This document shows, in pieces, positions 39,885 to 49,032 of a DNA stretch of 64,000 nucleotides; position 1 is the stretch's first letter; every line of letters starts with the position of its first letter. The stretch is from Bacilli bacterium (GTDB lineage: Bacteria; Bacillota_I; Bacilli_A; RF39; UBA660): positions 8,280 to 72,279 of the forward strand of contig JAGAIS010000007.1 in NCBI GenBank assembly GCA_017626405.1. The letters are read 5' to 3'. A program made the translations under genes and the position numbers. The notes beneath the pieces are model-generated. The model was not told the origin of the DNA. It searched no databases and worked only from the letters and a program-made list of their open reading frames with translations.

Positions 39885-40393
39885 GTGGAACGACCTCGTT
39901 ATTACCATTTGGCGGTGTAATTTCTATAGCATCTTCATCTATTGCTGAGTCAGTTACTACATCACTATTTGATAAAAAAAATGTAAAAGAGACTGCCGAA
40001 TACGCTTGTAACAATTTAGTTGAAGATTTAACAACAGGATTAGTATCATCCCTTATAAAAATTCCAGGATTAAATGCAGGAAGAAATAGTTATAATGCTG
40101 TTTTTAAATCTGGAATAACTAAAATATCTAAAAATACAGCTGCAAAAATATCTTTTAAAGTAATAGCTAAAGGAGTTGCAGTAGAAAGTTTTGGTACATT
40201 TACTACTGAAATACTCAAAAAAGGTTATGAAGTTTTAACTAAAGAACTTCCTAAAAATCCACAGCAGGCTGTTAATAATGAAGATAATAATCATAATAGA
40301 ATAGAATGTTGCAATCTTACACAAAACTATCCAACATTAGCTCATAGTAATACACAAGATAATTATTATTGCTTATGTGCTAGATGGGATTAA
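39863..40393 (+). pseudogene. 5'-truncated orphan toxin C-terminal fragment (homologous to the CT of 37356-38393), no start codon
   Basis: Open frame ...GGTTSLLPFGGVISIASSSIAESVTTSLFDKK...NAGRNSYNAVFKSGITKISKNT...CCNLTQNYPTLAHSNTQDNYYCLCARWD* aligns with ...FAPIVASSLTTSVSNSLFNKK...NSGKNSFASVFKSGITKLNKKT...NYPTLIHNDNRNDYYCLCVKWD*. Confidence 0.7.
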
Positions 40394-40432
40394 TTTAGTA
40401 TCTATATAGCATTTATTGACTTATTAATATGA

Positions 40433-41251
40433 TTGGAATATACTAAAATTGGTGATAAGATGGTTGAAAACAAGTTTTTAATAGTTATAATTTTGATTGT
40501 AATACCTGCTTTTTTAATATATTTTTGTGTTTGCTTTTATAAGCTATTAAAAAAGTTAAAAAAATTGAAAAAGTCTATGGAATCAGATAAAAAAAATCTT
40601 AAGATTTATAGTGAATATCAACGACATAAATATAGCGTAATTGCTTATGTTATTTTGATGCCAATTGTTTTTATATTATTAATTTATGGTTTTTTAGATA
40701 ATTCTAAAAGGCTTACAGGTATTTATGATAATAATTATATGATTCAAAAATGTGAGATAACAGAAGTGGATGAAGGTAGGTCACGTGCTGATAAAATAAG
40801 TTGTAAGAATGAAAATTTTTATACAAAGTATACAGTTGTTGAATATGGAGATTTAGATTACGAAGATGAAAGAAAATATGCTTGTATAAAGTATTATCCA
40901 AATGTGGAAGTAGCAGAAGTATTAAGAATAGATAACAAGGACAATTTATCCTGTGAAGAATTTTATTGGTCAAAAGAAAATGATAAATCAACTAATCTTA
41001 ATTATTCAGTTTTAAAATGTGATGTAAATGCTATTAATAGCAATATAATAGATTGTTCTATTGAATCTAGTACAAAAATATCCAATATAAAAATAGAAAA
41101 TGAAAAAAATATAAAAGAAAAAGATGGTATTTGCTTAAAATACTATTGGAGTGATAATACAGGAAAAATATTGGAAGTTAATCAATCTAATGAAAACTTT
41201 AGTTGTGATAAGTATATAAAACAGGAAGAAACTAAAGATAATACGAACTAG
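40433..41251 (+). CDS. putative immunity protein A', cassette 2
   Basis: Paralog of 38448-39242. Confidence 0.55.
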   Translation: MEYTKIGDKMVENKFLIVIILIVIPAFLIYFCVCFYKLLKKLKKLKKSMESDKKNLKIYSEYQRHKYSVIAYVILMPIVFILLIYGFLDNSKRLTGIYDNNYMIQKCEITEVDEGRSRADKISCKNENFYTKYTVVEYGDLDYEDERKYACIKYYPNVEVAEVLRIDNKDNLSCEEFYWSKENDKSTNLNYSVLKCDVNAINSNIIDCSIESSTKISNIKIENEKNIKEKDGICLKYYWSDNTGKILEVNQSNENFSCDKYIKQEETKDNTN

Positions 41252-41277
41252 TTTTTAAAATAAGCAGGAGTTAATCT

Positions 41278-41835
41278 ATGGATAGAATATTTATAAGATT
41301 TTTAGAAATATCATGTAGTTGTTTTTTATGGGTTGCAACCTTTAAGTTAGGGAAATGGATACTTACAGTAAAAAGGAAGAATAATTTCTTAGTTACTAAA
41401 AATAAGAAAGATTATGTAAGCATTAGCAATGATCGTTATAAAGGAGTATTATTTGTTGTTTTAATTATTGCTCTTATACCTTCTTTATTTTTTACTATAA
41501 GTGGACTATTAGGTGTTAAAGATGTTGAAGGTAATAATGTAATATTTATAGCAATGGTATTTTGGGTAATAGTATTTTTATCTTTAATTTTATTAATTTA
41601 TTATTTTCGATGCAAAATATATTTCAATAATGATGAAATTATCAAATATCGTTTTATCGGACATAGACAAAAATTAAAGTTTTCTGATGTAAAAAAAGTC
41701 ATGGTTAAACCACTATCAGGTATAGTATTGTATTCAGAAAATGGTAAATTAAAAGTGGACTATGACAATCCTAATGCCAGTAAATTAGTCTCTATACTAG
41801 AAAAGAAAGGTTTCATTGTTAACTATAAAATATAA
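41278..41835 (+). CDS. putative immunity protein B', cassette 2
   Basis: Paralog of 39254-39832. Confidence 0.5.
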   Translation: MDRIFIRFLEISCSCFLWVATFKLGKWILTVKRKNNFLVTKNKKDYVSISNDRYKGVLFVVLIIALIPSLFFTISGLLGVKDVEGNNVIFIAMVFWVIVFLSLILLIYYFRCKIYFNNDEIIKYRFIGHRQKLKFSDVKKVMVKPLSGIVLYSENGKLKVDYDNPNASKLVSILEKKGFIVNYKI

Positions 41836-41962
41836 ATATAGTTCTTATATTAAATAATAGTATTTTTTATCTATCCAAAGCTACCTCATCAATGGTAACT
41901 TTAAATTGCTATCAAATCATAAATGCATCAAATTTTTAAAAATAACGAGTTACAAACACTCT

Positions 41963-42004
41963 AGAGATATACTATAAAATATCTCTTTTTTATATGGAGG
42001 AATT
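41963..42004 (+). terminator. hairpin + TTTTTTATATGGAGGAA junction motif, copy 3, immediately upstream of the intact M23 gene RBS
   Basis: AGAGATAT-ACTATAAA-ATATCTCT then TTTTTTATATGGAGGAATT ATG. Confidence 0.55.
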
Positions 42005-42649
42005 ATGAGATACAAAATGAATAATATTAAACACTGTCCAATTAAAGGGGTTACAGCAGTCACTGTAACCTCTAAATTTGGACCAAGAAGATTTTACAAT
42101 AGAGTAGAGGAGAAATATGAATCTGGACATCATAATGGAATTGATATAATTGGTGGAGATACCATTGTTGCTGCTTATGATGGGGTAGTTACTAAAACTA
42201 GAAATGGAGTAAAAGGATATTCAACTAAAAACTCGTGTGGTAATTATGTTACTATCGATCATGGCAATGGGTATACTACTGTTTACTATCATTTAAAACT
42301 AGATTCAATCAAAGTAAAAAAAGGGGATCGTGTTATTGCTGGTCAAGAAATAGGTTTAATGGGAAATACAGGACATTCAATATCTAAACACTTACACTAT
42401 GGAATTAAAAGAAATAATGTATGGATTAACCCGGAGCCATTTCTTAACAATACAAAAAATATTGAAAATACTAGTAATATAAAAGAAACTAATAATAAAG
42501 AAATAATATATGTCGTAAAAAAGGGTGATAATTTAACTAAAATAGCTAAAAAATATAATACTACTTGGAAAGCAATTTATAAAAAAAACAAGGAACTTAT
42601 TGGGGATAATCCCAATCTTATACTTGTTGGATGGAAATTAAAAATATAA
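42005..42649 (+). CDS. M23 family metallopeptidase with C-terminal LysM domain (peptidoglycan endopeptidase, endolysin-like)
   Basis: HxxxD (HHNGIDI) and HLH (HLHYGI) M23 motifs. C-terminal LysM (YVVKKGDNLTKIAKKYNTTWKAIYKKN). No signal peptide. Confidence 0.8.
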   Translation: MRYKMNNIKHCPIKGVTAVTVTSKFGPRRFYNRVEEKYESGHHNGIDIIGGDTIVAAYDGVVTKTRNGVKGYSTKNSCGNYVTIDHGNGYTTVYYHLKLDSIKVKKGDRVIAGQEIGLMGNTGHSISKHLHYGIKRNNVWINPEPFLNNTKNIENTSNIKETNNKEIIYVVKKGDNLTKIAKKYNTTWKAIYKKNKELIGDNPNLILVGWKLKI

Positions 42650-43017
42650 TTGATTTAAAAATAATAGCAAGTACGTTTATTTTTTTAGTTGGTGGTTTTG
42701 ATAATATGTTTATTACTCTTTTAATTTTTATTGCTCTTGATTATATAACAGGTATAATTAAAGCAATTTATCAAAAAAAATTAAATAGCAAATTGGGATT
42801 AAAAGGATTTTTAAAAAAATTAGGTTATATTTTGATAGTAATAGTTGCAAGTTTATTTGATTCAATTATAGGAGATAAACAAATGGCGATAAGAACATTA
42901 TGCATATATTTTTTTATATCTAACGAAGCCATTTCAATACTTGAAAATTGGGCAGTTATGGGCCTTCCTCTTCCGAAAAAGATATTTCAAGTGTTTGAAT
43001 CTTTAAAAGAAGAATAA
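42631..43017 (+). CDS. TcdE/phage_holin_4_1-family holin-like protein (toxin-secretion/lysis holin)
   Basis: 3-TM, 128 aa. Blocks KIIASTFIFLVGGFDNMFITLLIFIALDYITGIIKA and NEAISILENWAVMGLP are characteristic of this holin family. Overlaps the M23 gene end by 19 nt. Confidence 0.65.
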   Translation: MEIKNIIDLKIIASTFIFLVGGFDNMFITLLIFIALDYITGIIKAIYQKKLNSKLGLKGFLKKLGYILIVIVASLFDSIIGDKQMAIRTLCIYFFISNEAISILENWAVMGLPLPKKIFQVFESLKEE

Positions 43018-43021
43018 ATGT

Positions 43022-43050
43022 TGACTAAGTTGAAAAAAAGGGTTAATATA
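43022..43050 (+). promoter_or_regulatory. sigma-A-type promoter (TTGACT-17-TAATAT) for the regulator gene
   Basis: -35 at 43022-43027, -10 at 43045-43050. Confidence 0.45.
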
Positions 43051-43079
43051 TACAACCAAGTAGTTTAAGAGGTGATTAT

Positions 43080-43589
43080 ATGATTGATTCAATTTCAGCT
43101 AAGGACTTTGTTGAATTACCAGATATTATGTTAGATAAATCTAAGAATGTAAAATATATTCAACTATTAAGTGAGAATACAATAGATGACTATTACTATT
43201 CAAATTTGCGAAAAGATTTAGAAGTTATATTTAATAAGTTCAAAGATTCTAAATATCTTATACATTATCAAAATGACTATAACTTAAAATCTAATCCTTT
43301 TGAAATTAATAGAAATACCAATAGAATTAATGATAAAGTAGGAAACTATATTGAGAAAAAATTAGATCTAAGTATTTGGTCAAAAGATCTTTATAACATC
43401 TTAATCAATCTATCCGAAGAACTGACAATAAAGGAGACAATATATTTAACTTCTACATTCTTTGATAATAAAACAGAAGAAGAAATAGAAGAACTAATGG
43501 ATATTTCAAGAAAAATGTTATATAAAATAAAAAAGAGTTGTCTAGTAAAATTAAGATTAGAATTTTCAAAATATAATTTAATTGATTAG
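43080..43589 (+). CDS. small sigma-70 region-4-like / ArpU- or TcdR-like transcriptional regulator (hypothetical)
   Basis: 169 aa. C-terminal EEEIEELMDISRKMLYKIKKSCLVKLR resembles a sigma region-4 HTH. Located next to the holin. Confidence 0.35.
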   Translation: MIDSISAKDFVELPDIMLDKSKNVKYIQLLSENTIDDYYYSNLRKDLEVIFNKFKDSKYLIHYQNDYNLKSNPFEINRNTNRINDKVGNYIEKKLDLSIWSKDLYNILINLSEELTIKETIYLTSTFFDNKTEEEIEELMDISRKMLYKIKKSCLVKLRLEFSKYNLID

Positions 43590-43591
43590 AG

Positions 43592-43625
43592 AAGTGTGAT
43601 TTTTTTCACACTTCTTTTTAATTTT
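43592..43625 (+). terminator. rho-independent terminator (AGAAGTGTGA..TCACACTTCT + T-run)
   Basis: Perfect 10-bp stem and T-run. Confidence 0.7.
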
Positions 43626-43686
43626 GTATTGACATTAGAGTAGTATTTTAGTGTATTATTAAGGTGAATATAGAATTAGGGAGGAA

Positions 43687-44430
43687 ATGAATATGTTAAA
43701 AGGAAAAGTAGCTCTTGTTACTGGTGGAACGAGAGGAATAGGATTAGAGACAGTTAGAGTATTCAAAGAAAATCATGCCGAAGTTATTTTACTTGGTTCT
43801 CGAGAAGAAACTGTAATGAAGGCAATAGATGAACTAAAGAAAGAGGGACATGAAGTAAGTGGGTACTATCCTGATTTAAATAATTATGAGGAAATAGAGA
43901 AAACAATAAAGGATATTATTGATAAATATGGTCGAATCGATATACTTATTAATAATGCTGGTATTTCTGCAAATAAAAAGATTGAGGATACTACAAGCGA
44001 AGATTTTTCTAAGATTATAGACATTAATGTAAAAGCTATATTCAATATGATTAAGGCTGTTGTTCCTTATATGAAGGAGAATAATGGCGGAGTAATATTG
44101 AATACAAGTTCAATGGTAAGTATTTATGGGCAACCTTCAGGAGTTGGTTATCCAACAAGTAAATTTGCCGTAAATGGTATAACTAAATCTCTATCAAGAG
44201 AACTTGCACCATTTAATATAAGAGTAAATGCAGTAGCGCCTGGTGTAACGAGAACTGATATGATTGCATCACTTCCCGAAGAACAAATTGCTCCATTAAT
44301 TAAGACAATTCCATTAGGAAGAATAGGAGAACCTAGAGACATTGCAAATGCATTCTTATTCTTAGCAAGCGATTTGGCAAGTTATGTTACTGGTGAAATA
44401 TTATCTGTAGATGGAGCAGCTAGAAGTTAA
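43687..44430 (+). CDS. SDR family oxidoreductase (3-oxoacyl-ACP reductase FabG-like)
   Basis: GKVALVTGGTRGIG Rossmann motif, NNAG, catalytic S..YxxxK (YPTSK). Confidence 0.8.
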   Translation: MNMLKGKVALVTGGTRGIGLETVRVFKENHAEVILLGSREETVMKAIDELKKEGHEVSGYYPDLNNYEEIEKTIKDIIDKYGRIDILINNAGISANKKIEDTTSEDFSKIIDINVKAIFNMIKAVVPYMKENNGGVILNTSSMVSIYGQPSGVGYPTSKFAVNGITKSLSRELAPFNIRVNAVAPGVTRTDMIASLPEEQIAPLIKTIPLGRIGEPRDIANAFLFLASDLASYVTGEILSVDGAARS

Positions 44431-44510
44431 GAATAATAATTAATATCAGTTTCTATGTTTTAGTAAACTAAAATGATAAAATTAATTATTTTGTGTTATA
44501 CTTTTATTAG

Positions 44511-44858
44511 GTGATATTTATGACTATTGATAAAATTAAAGATCAGATTCTTTCTGCTGGTAAGTATATGTCTGAGAATGTTAATTTAGCTACAAGTAAG
44601 GCAAACATTAAAATAACTTTAAAATCTAAAAATGATGCTTTAAATGCAATGTATGCATCCTTAGGTCGCGAGTATTTTAATTCCCTTTCTAAGACAGAAA
44701 AAAAGAAACACGCTGATATAGTTGAATTAGAAAGTGAAGTGGAAAAACTAAATCGCGAGTTAGAATTGATTGATGAATCAACAGTATGTTCAAAATGTGG
44801 AACAAAAGTAAGTAAAAGTATAAATTATTGTCCCGAATGTGGTGGTAAAGTAAATTAG
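44511..44858 (+). CDS. small zinc-ribbon protein (C-terminal CSKCG...CPECG); alternative start at 44520
   Basis: Helical N-terminal part with a C-terminal Cys4 ribbon. Architecture similar to 25289-25609. Confidence 0.45.
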   Translation: MIFMTIDKIKDQILSAGKYMSENVNLATSKANIKITLKSKNDALNAMYASLGREYFNSLSKTEKKKHADIVELESEVEKLNRELELIDESTVCSKCGTKVSKSINYCPECGGKVN

Positions 44859-44930
44859 AAAGTATTTATTACTTTCTTTTTGTATTTTATTAGTTATATA
44901 TTTTATAATAATAATGAATGGAGGAATTAT

Positions 44931-46883
44931 ATGTTTGATTTAGTTTCCAAATATAAGCCATCGGGAGATCAACCTAAAGCAATAGAGGAATTAGTTAAGG
45001 GAATTAAAGAGGGAAAGAGAGATCAAGTTTTATTAGGTGCAACAGGAACTGGTAAGACATTCACAATAGCCAATGTAATTGCTAGTGTTAATAAACCAAC
45101 TCTAGTACTTGCTCATAATAAAACTTTAGCCGGTCAATTATATTCTGAGTTAAAAGAATTATTTCCAAATAATCATGTAGAATATTTTGTATCATACTAT
45201 GATTATTATCAACCGGAAGCATATGTTCCTCAAAGTGATACTTATATAGAGAAGGATGCTTCAATAAATGATGAAATAGATGAACTTCGCCATGCTGCGA
45301 CATCTAGTTTGCTTACCTATAAAGATACGATTGTCGTATCGAGTGTATCTTGTATTTATGGTATAGGAGATCCCGATGATTATGAAAACCATATGCTTAT
45401 AATAACAGTTGGGGACACTATATCTAGAAATGATATATTAAACCGTTTAATAGAAATGAACTATGAGAGAAATCAAATTGACTTTCATCGCGGAACTTTT
45501 AGAGTAAATGGAGATATAATTGATATTGTTCCCATAGCAGAAAAGAAAAATGGTATTCGCATTGAATTATTTGGCGATGAAGTTGATAGAATATCTGAAT
45601 TTGATATATTGACAGGAACGATTTTAAATAATAAGAGAAGTACAACTTTATTCCCAGCAACGCACTTTGTCACAAATAAAGAAAAACTTGAAGAGGCATG
45701 CAATCGTATTGAAGCAGAACTTAGAAGTCGATGCAAGGAGTTAATTGAAAATAATAGATTGCTTGAAGAACAGAGACTTCGCGAGAGATGTGAATATGAC
45801 CTTGAGATGTTAAGAGAAACTGGATTTTGCCATGGTATTGAAAACTATTCACGACATTTAGCGCTTCGAGATGAAGGGGAGACGCCATCGACTTTGATTG
45901 ATTTTTTCCCTAAAGATTTTTTACTTGTCGTTGATGAATCTCATGTTACTTTGCCACAAGTTCGAGGAATGTATAATGGAGATAGAATGCGTAAGACAAC
46001 TTTAGTTGAATATGGTTTCCGTCTTCCATCAGCACTTGATAATAGACCTCTTAAGTTTGAAGAATTTAATAGCAAGATAAATCAAGCTATCTATGTATCG
46101 GCAACTCCGGGAGATTATGAACTTGATTTAGTCAATCATAAATGTGTAGAACAAATTATTAGACCGACAGGACTTTTAGATCCAACTATTGAAGTAAAAG
46201 GTACATTGGGTCAAATAGATGATTTAATAAATGAAATTAGTATTAGAACAGAAAAAAATGAAAGAGTACTTATTACAACTCTAACTATTCGTATGGCTGA
46301 AGAACTAACAAGTTATCTTAAAAATGTTGGAATAAAAGTTGCCTATCTTCACAGTGAAGTAAAAACTCTAGAAAGATTAAAAATTATCAGAGAACTTAGA
46401 ATGGGAAAATATGATTGTCTTGTTGGAATTAATCTATTGAGAGAAGGAATAGATTTACCGGAAGTTTCTTTAATCGCGATTATGGATGCCGATAAACAGG
46501 GATTCTTGAGAAGTGATAGATCGCTTATTCAAATTGTTGGTCGATGTGCAAGAAACGCATCGGGACATGTTATCATGTATGCAGACTCAGTAAGTGAATC
46601 AATGGATAAGGCAATAAAAGAAACAAAACGTCGTCGAGAAATTCAAGATAACTACAATAGAGAGCATGGTATTACTCCAAAGACAATTGTCAAAGAAATA
46701 AGAGAAGTAATATCTAATACTGAAGTTGAGGAGAAGAGTTTAGCTAAGACAAAGATGTCTAAGAAAGATAAAGAATTAATCATGGCTAATATCGAGAATG
46801 AAATGAAGCAAGCAGCTAAGAATTTGGATTTCGAAAGAGCTATGGAACTACGAGATATTCTTTTTGAAATGAAAAGTGAATAA
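44931..46883 (+). CDS. uvrB: excinuclease ABC subunit B
   Basis: [26 protein letters not shown] Walker A, DESH box, C-terminal UVR domain (FERAMELRD). Confidence 0.95.
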   Translation: MFDLVSKYKPSGDQPKAIEELVKGIKEGKRDQVLLGATGTGKTFTIANVIASVNKPTLVLAHNKTLAGQLYSELKELFPNNHVEYFVSYYDYYQPEAYVPQSDTYIEKDASINDEIDELRHAATSSLLTYKDTIVVSSVSCIYGIGDPDDYENHMLIITVGDTISRNDILNRLIEMNYERNQIDFHRGTFRVNGDIIDIVPIAEKKNGIRIELFGDEVDRISEFDILTGTILNNKRSTTLFPATHFVTNKEKLEEACNRIEAELRSRCKELIENNRLLEEQRLRERCEYDLEMLRETGFCHGIENYSRHLALRDEGETPSTLIDFFPKDFLLVVDESHVTLPQVRGMYNGDRMRKTTLVEYGFRLPSALDNRPLKFEEFNSKINQAIYVSATPGDYELDLVNHKCVEQIIRPTGLLDPTIEVKGTLGQIDDLINEISIRTEKNERVLITTLTIRMAEELTSYLKNVGIKVAYLHSEVKTLERLKIIRELRMGKYDCLVGINLLREGIDLPEVSLIAIMDADKQGFLRSDRSLIQIVGRCARNASGHVIMYADSVSESMDKAIKETKRRREIQDNYNREHGITPKTIVKEIREVISNTEVEEKSLAKTKMSKKDKELIMANIENEMKQAAKNLDFERAMELRDILFEMKSE

Positions 46884-46952
46884 TTGCTAAAATCACTTTA
46901 AAAATAATAAATTATATGTTATGATAATCCTAGAATAGAGGGAAATTAAATT

Positions 46953-47675
46953 ATGAGAGAACAAGATTATGACGTTAAGTTTATGTCAGTATTTATTCGT
47001 ATTATGGCAATTGCTTTTAAATGGGTATGCTTGATTAACTGTGTGCTTTGTGCAGGTTTTAGTATCGGACTTTTAGTAATGTTTATGGTAAAGGGAAATG
47101 AATTGCCAACATCACTTTTATCAGTAATGGTATCATCAATTACAAAATTTGATGTATCAGAAGTATCGGGATTAGTTGATAACTTCGGTATAGCTAAACT
47201 TCTAGTAGCAACATTGGGTTATGGATTTGCCGTATGTGTATACTATGGTTGCCTACATTCATTAATGGTTAAATTCTTAAGAGTATTTGATTCAATAGTT
47301 GAAGGAAATATGTTCACAAAAGAAAATGTTGAAATCATCAATAGTACAATATTACAATCAATCATCATTGCATTTGTAATACCACTTACAATTTGCTGTG
47401 TTTCTTCATCAACAGGTATTCTTTCATTATCGGATATTAATATTTCAGGTATTTTATATATCTTTGCTGTATATATAGCAAAACTTGTATTTACATCAGG
47501 TTATGAATTAAATGAGGCAAATAGCAAAAAGGTACGCGAAATTACAAACATTAAAGCTGAATACGCTGAAGAAAAAATGAAAATGATCAAAGAAAATACT
47601 AAGAGTGCAACAACTAAAAAGACAACTGAGAAAAAAGCACAAAAGAAAACTACTAAAAAGGCTACTTTAAAGTAG
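46953..47675 (+). CDS. hypothetical polytopic membrane protein with Lys-rich C-terminal tail
   Basis: 4-5 TM helices. C-terminus TKKTTEKKAQKKTTKK. Confidence 0.45.
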   Translation: MREQDYDVKFMSVFIRIMAIAFKWVCLINCVLCAGFSIGLLVMFMVKGNELPTSLLSVMVSSITKFDVSEVSGLVDNFGIAKLLVATLGYGFAVCVYYGCLHSLMVKFLRVFDSIVEGNMFTKENVEIINSTILQSIIIAFVIPLTICCVSSSTGILSLSDINISGILYIFAVYIAKLVFTSGYELNEANSKKVREITNIKAEYAEEKMKMIKENTKSATTKKTTEKKAQKKTTKKATLK

Positions 47676-47717
47676 TTTTTTTATTGTTTTTGATATAGAA
47701 TAAAGTTAGGTGGTAGT

Positions 47718-48611
47718 ATGTACAAGTCAAATGTTAACTTTAATCTTTATAAGACATTTTATGACGTAGCTAAATGTGGAAGTATTTCAAAGACAGCAAC
47801 AATGAACTTTACTTCGCAACCTGCTATCAGTAGGAGTATTAAAACTCTAGAACAGGAACTCAATACAAAATTGTTTTATAGAACGAAAAAGGGAATTGAA
47901 CTTACGGATAAGGGTAGGGAATTATTATTCTATGTTGAACAAAGTTACAATTCACTAGTTACAGCAGAAAGAATGATGCTAGAAACTAAAACTTTAGATA
48001 AGGGAAAATTATCAATTGGTATTCCTTCCCATATTGCATCGTTTTATCTATTCGATGCTATTGATAGTTTTCATAAGGAATACCCCAATATTGAAATAAC
48101 TCTTATAAACAAATCTACAAGTGGACTTTTAGAGTTACTCAGAAGTCATGAGATTGATTTTATGATTGATTCAGAACCTATTAATTTTCAAGATGATTCA
48201 ATAACTGTAAAACATATTAAAGAATTTTCTAATACATTCATTGCTTCTGAAAATTTCGATATAACCAAAATTAAAAACATAAAAGACCTAGAGACTATGC
48301 CAGTAATACTACCAATCAAAGGAACAGCAAATAGAACAGATTTAGAAGAGTTTCTAATAAAGAATAACTGTTCTTTAAATAATGTAATTAATATTCATAC
48401 TTCTGAAGTAATAATAGGTGCAGTAAAGAGAAATCTTGGTATTGGATATATTATAAGAGAAATGGTAATAGATGATATAAATAGAAATATATTAAAAGAA
48501 GTTAATATTCCTAATTTACCTAAAATAGGTATTAGTCTTGTTTACGTAAAAGATTATATTACCGAATCTCCTAAGATATTCTTAAATAAGTACTTTAATA
48601 TCGAACTTTAA
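47718..48611 (+). CDS. LysR family transcriptional regulator
   Basis: N-terminal HTH (YDVAKCGSISKTATMNFTSQPAISRSIKTLEQEL) with a substrate-binding domain. Confidence 0.8.
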   Translation: MYKSNVNFNLYKTFYDVAKCGSISKTATMNFTSQPAISRSIKTLEQELNTKLFYRTKKGIELTDKGRELLFYVEQSYNSLVTAERMMLETKTLDKGKLSIGIPSHIASFYLFDAIDSFHKEYPNIEITLINKSTSGLLELLRSHEIDFMIDSEPINFQDDSITVKHIKEFSNTFIASENFDITKIKNIKDLETMPVILPIKGTANRTDLEEFLIKNNCSLNNVINIHTSEVIIGAVKRNLGIGYIIREMVIDDINRNILKEVNIPNLPKIGISLVYVKDYITESPKIFLNKYFNIEL

Positions 48612-48711
48612 TGGAAGTTATATCAAAAATGATATATTTGATATAACTTTTTTTTATTTTATTTATATTTCTTTTCCTATTATGATGGTTTTATGAAGGG
48701 TAAGATGAAGT

Positions 48712-49032
48712 ATGAAAGTATATCAATTAAAGCTTTTAGATTTAAACATCGTGCTCGATCCTGTATTTAATACGATTGATGCAGCACGACTATTTAAGAA
48801 TAAATATAAAGGACGTAGAATGGAAATATTAGAAAAAACTTTAGAGCCATCTAATGATATGAACTATATATATCGAATTTTGACTACAGATGTTGATGGA
48901 AGTTATTTAGAGGAAGAAGTTTTCTCTTCGATTGAAAGCTCTTTTCGTATTTTAAAAAATAATCAAAAAATTGTAAAAGAAAACATTATTAATCTAAATA
49001 CTTTTAAATATGTAATCGAGGATGTACAATGA
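48712..49032 (+). CDS. hypothetical protein (106 aa)
   Basis: ORF with RBS. Overlaps the next gene by 4 nt (ATGA). Confidence 0.4.
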   Translation: MKVYQLKLLDLNIVLDPVFNTIDAARLFKNKYKGRRMEILEKTLEPSNDMNYIYRILTTDVDGSYLEEEVFSSIESSFRILKNNQKIVKENIINLNTFKYVIEDVQ

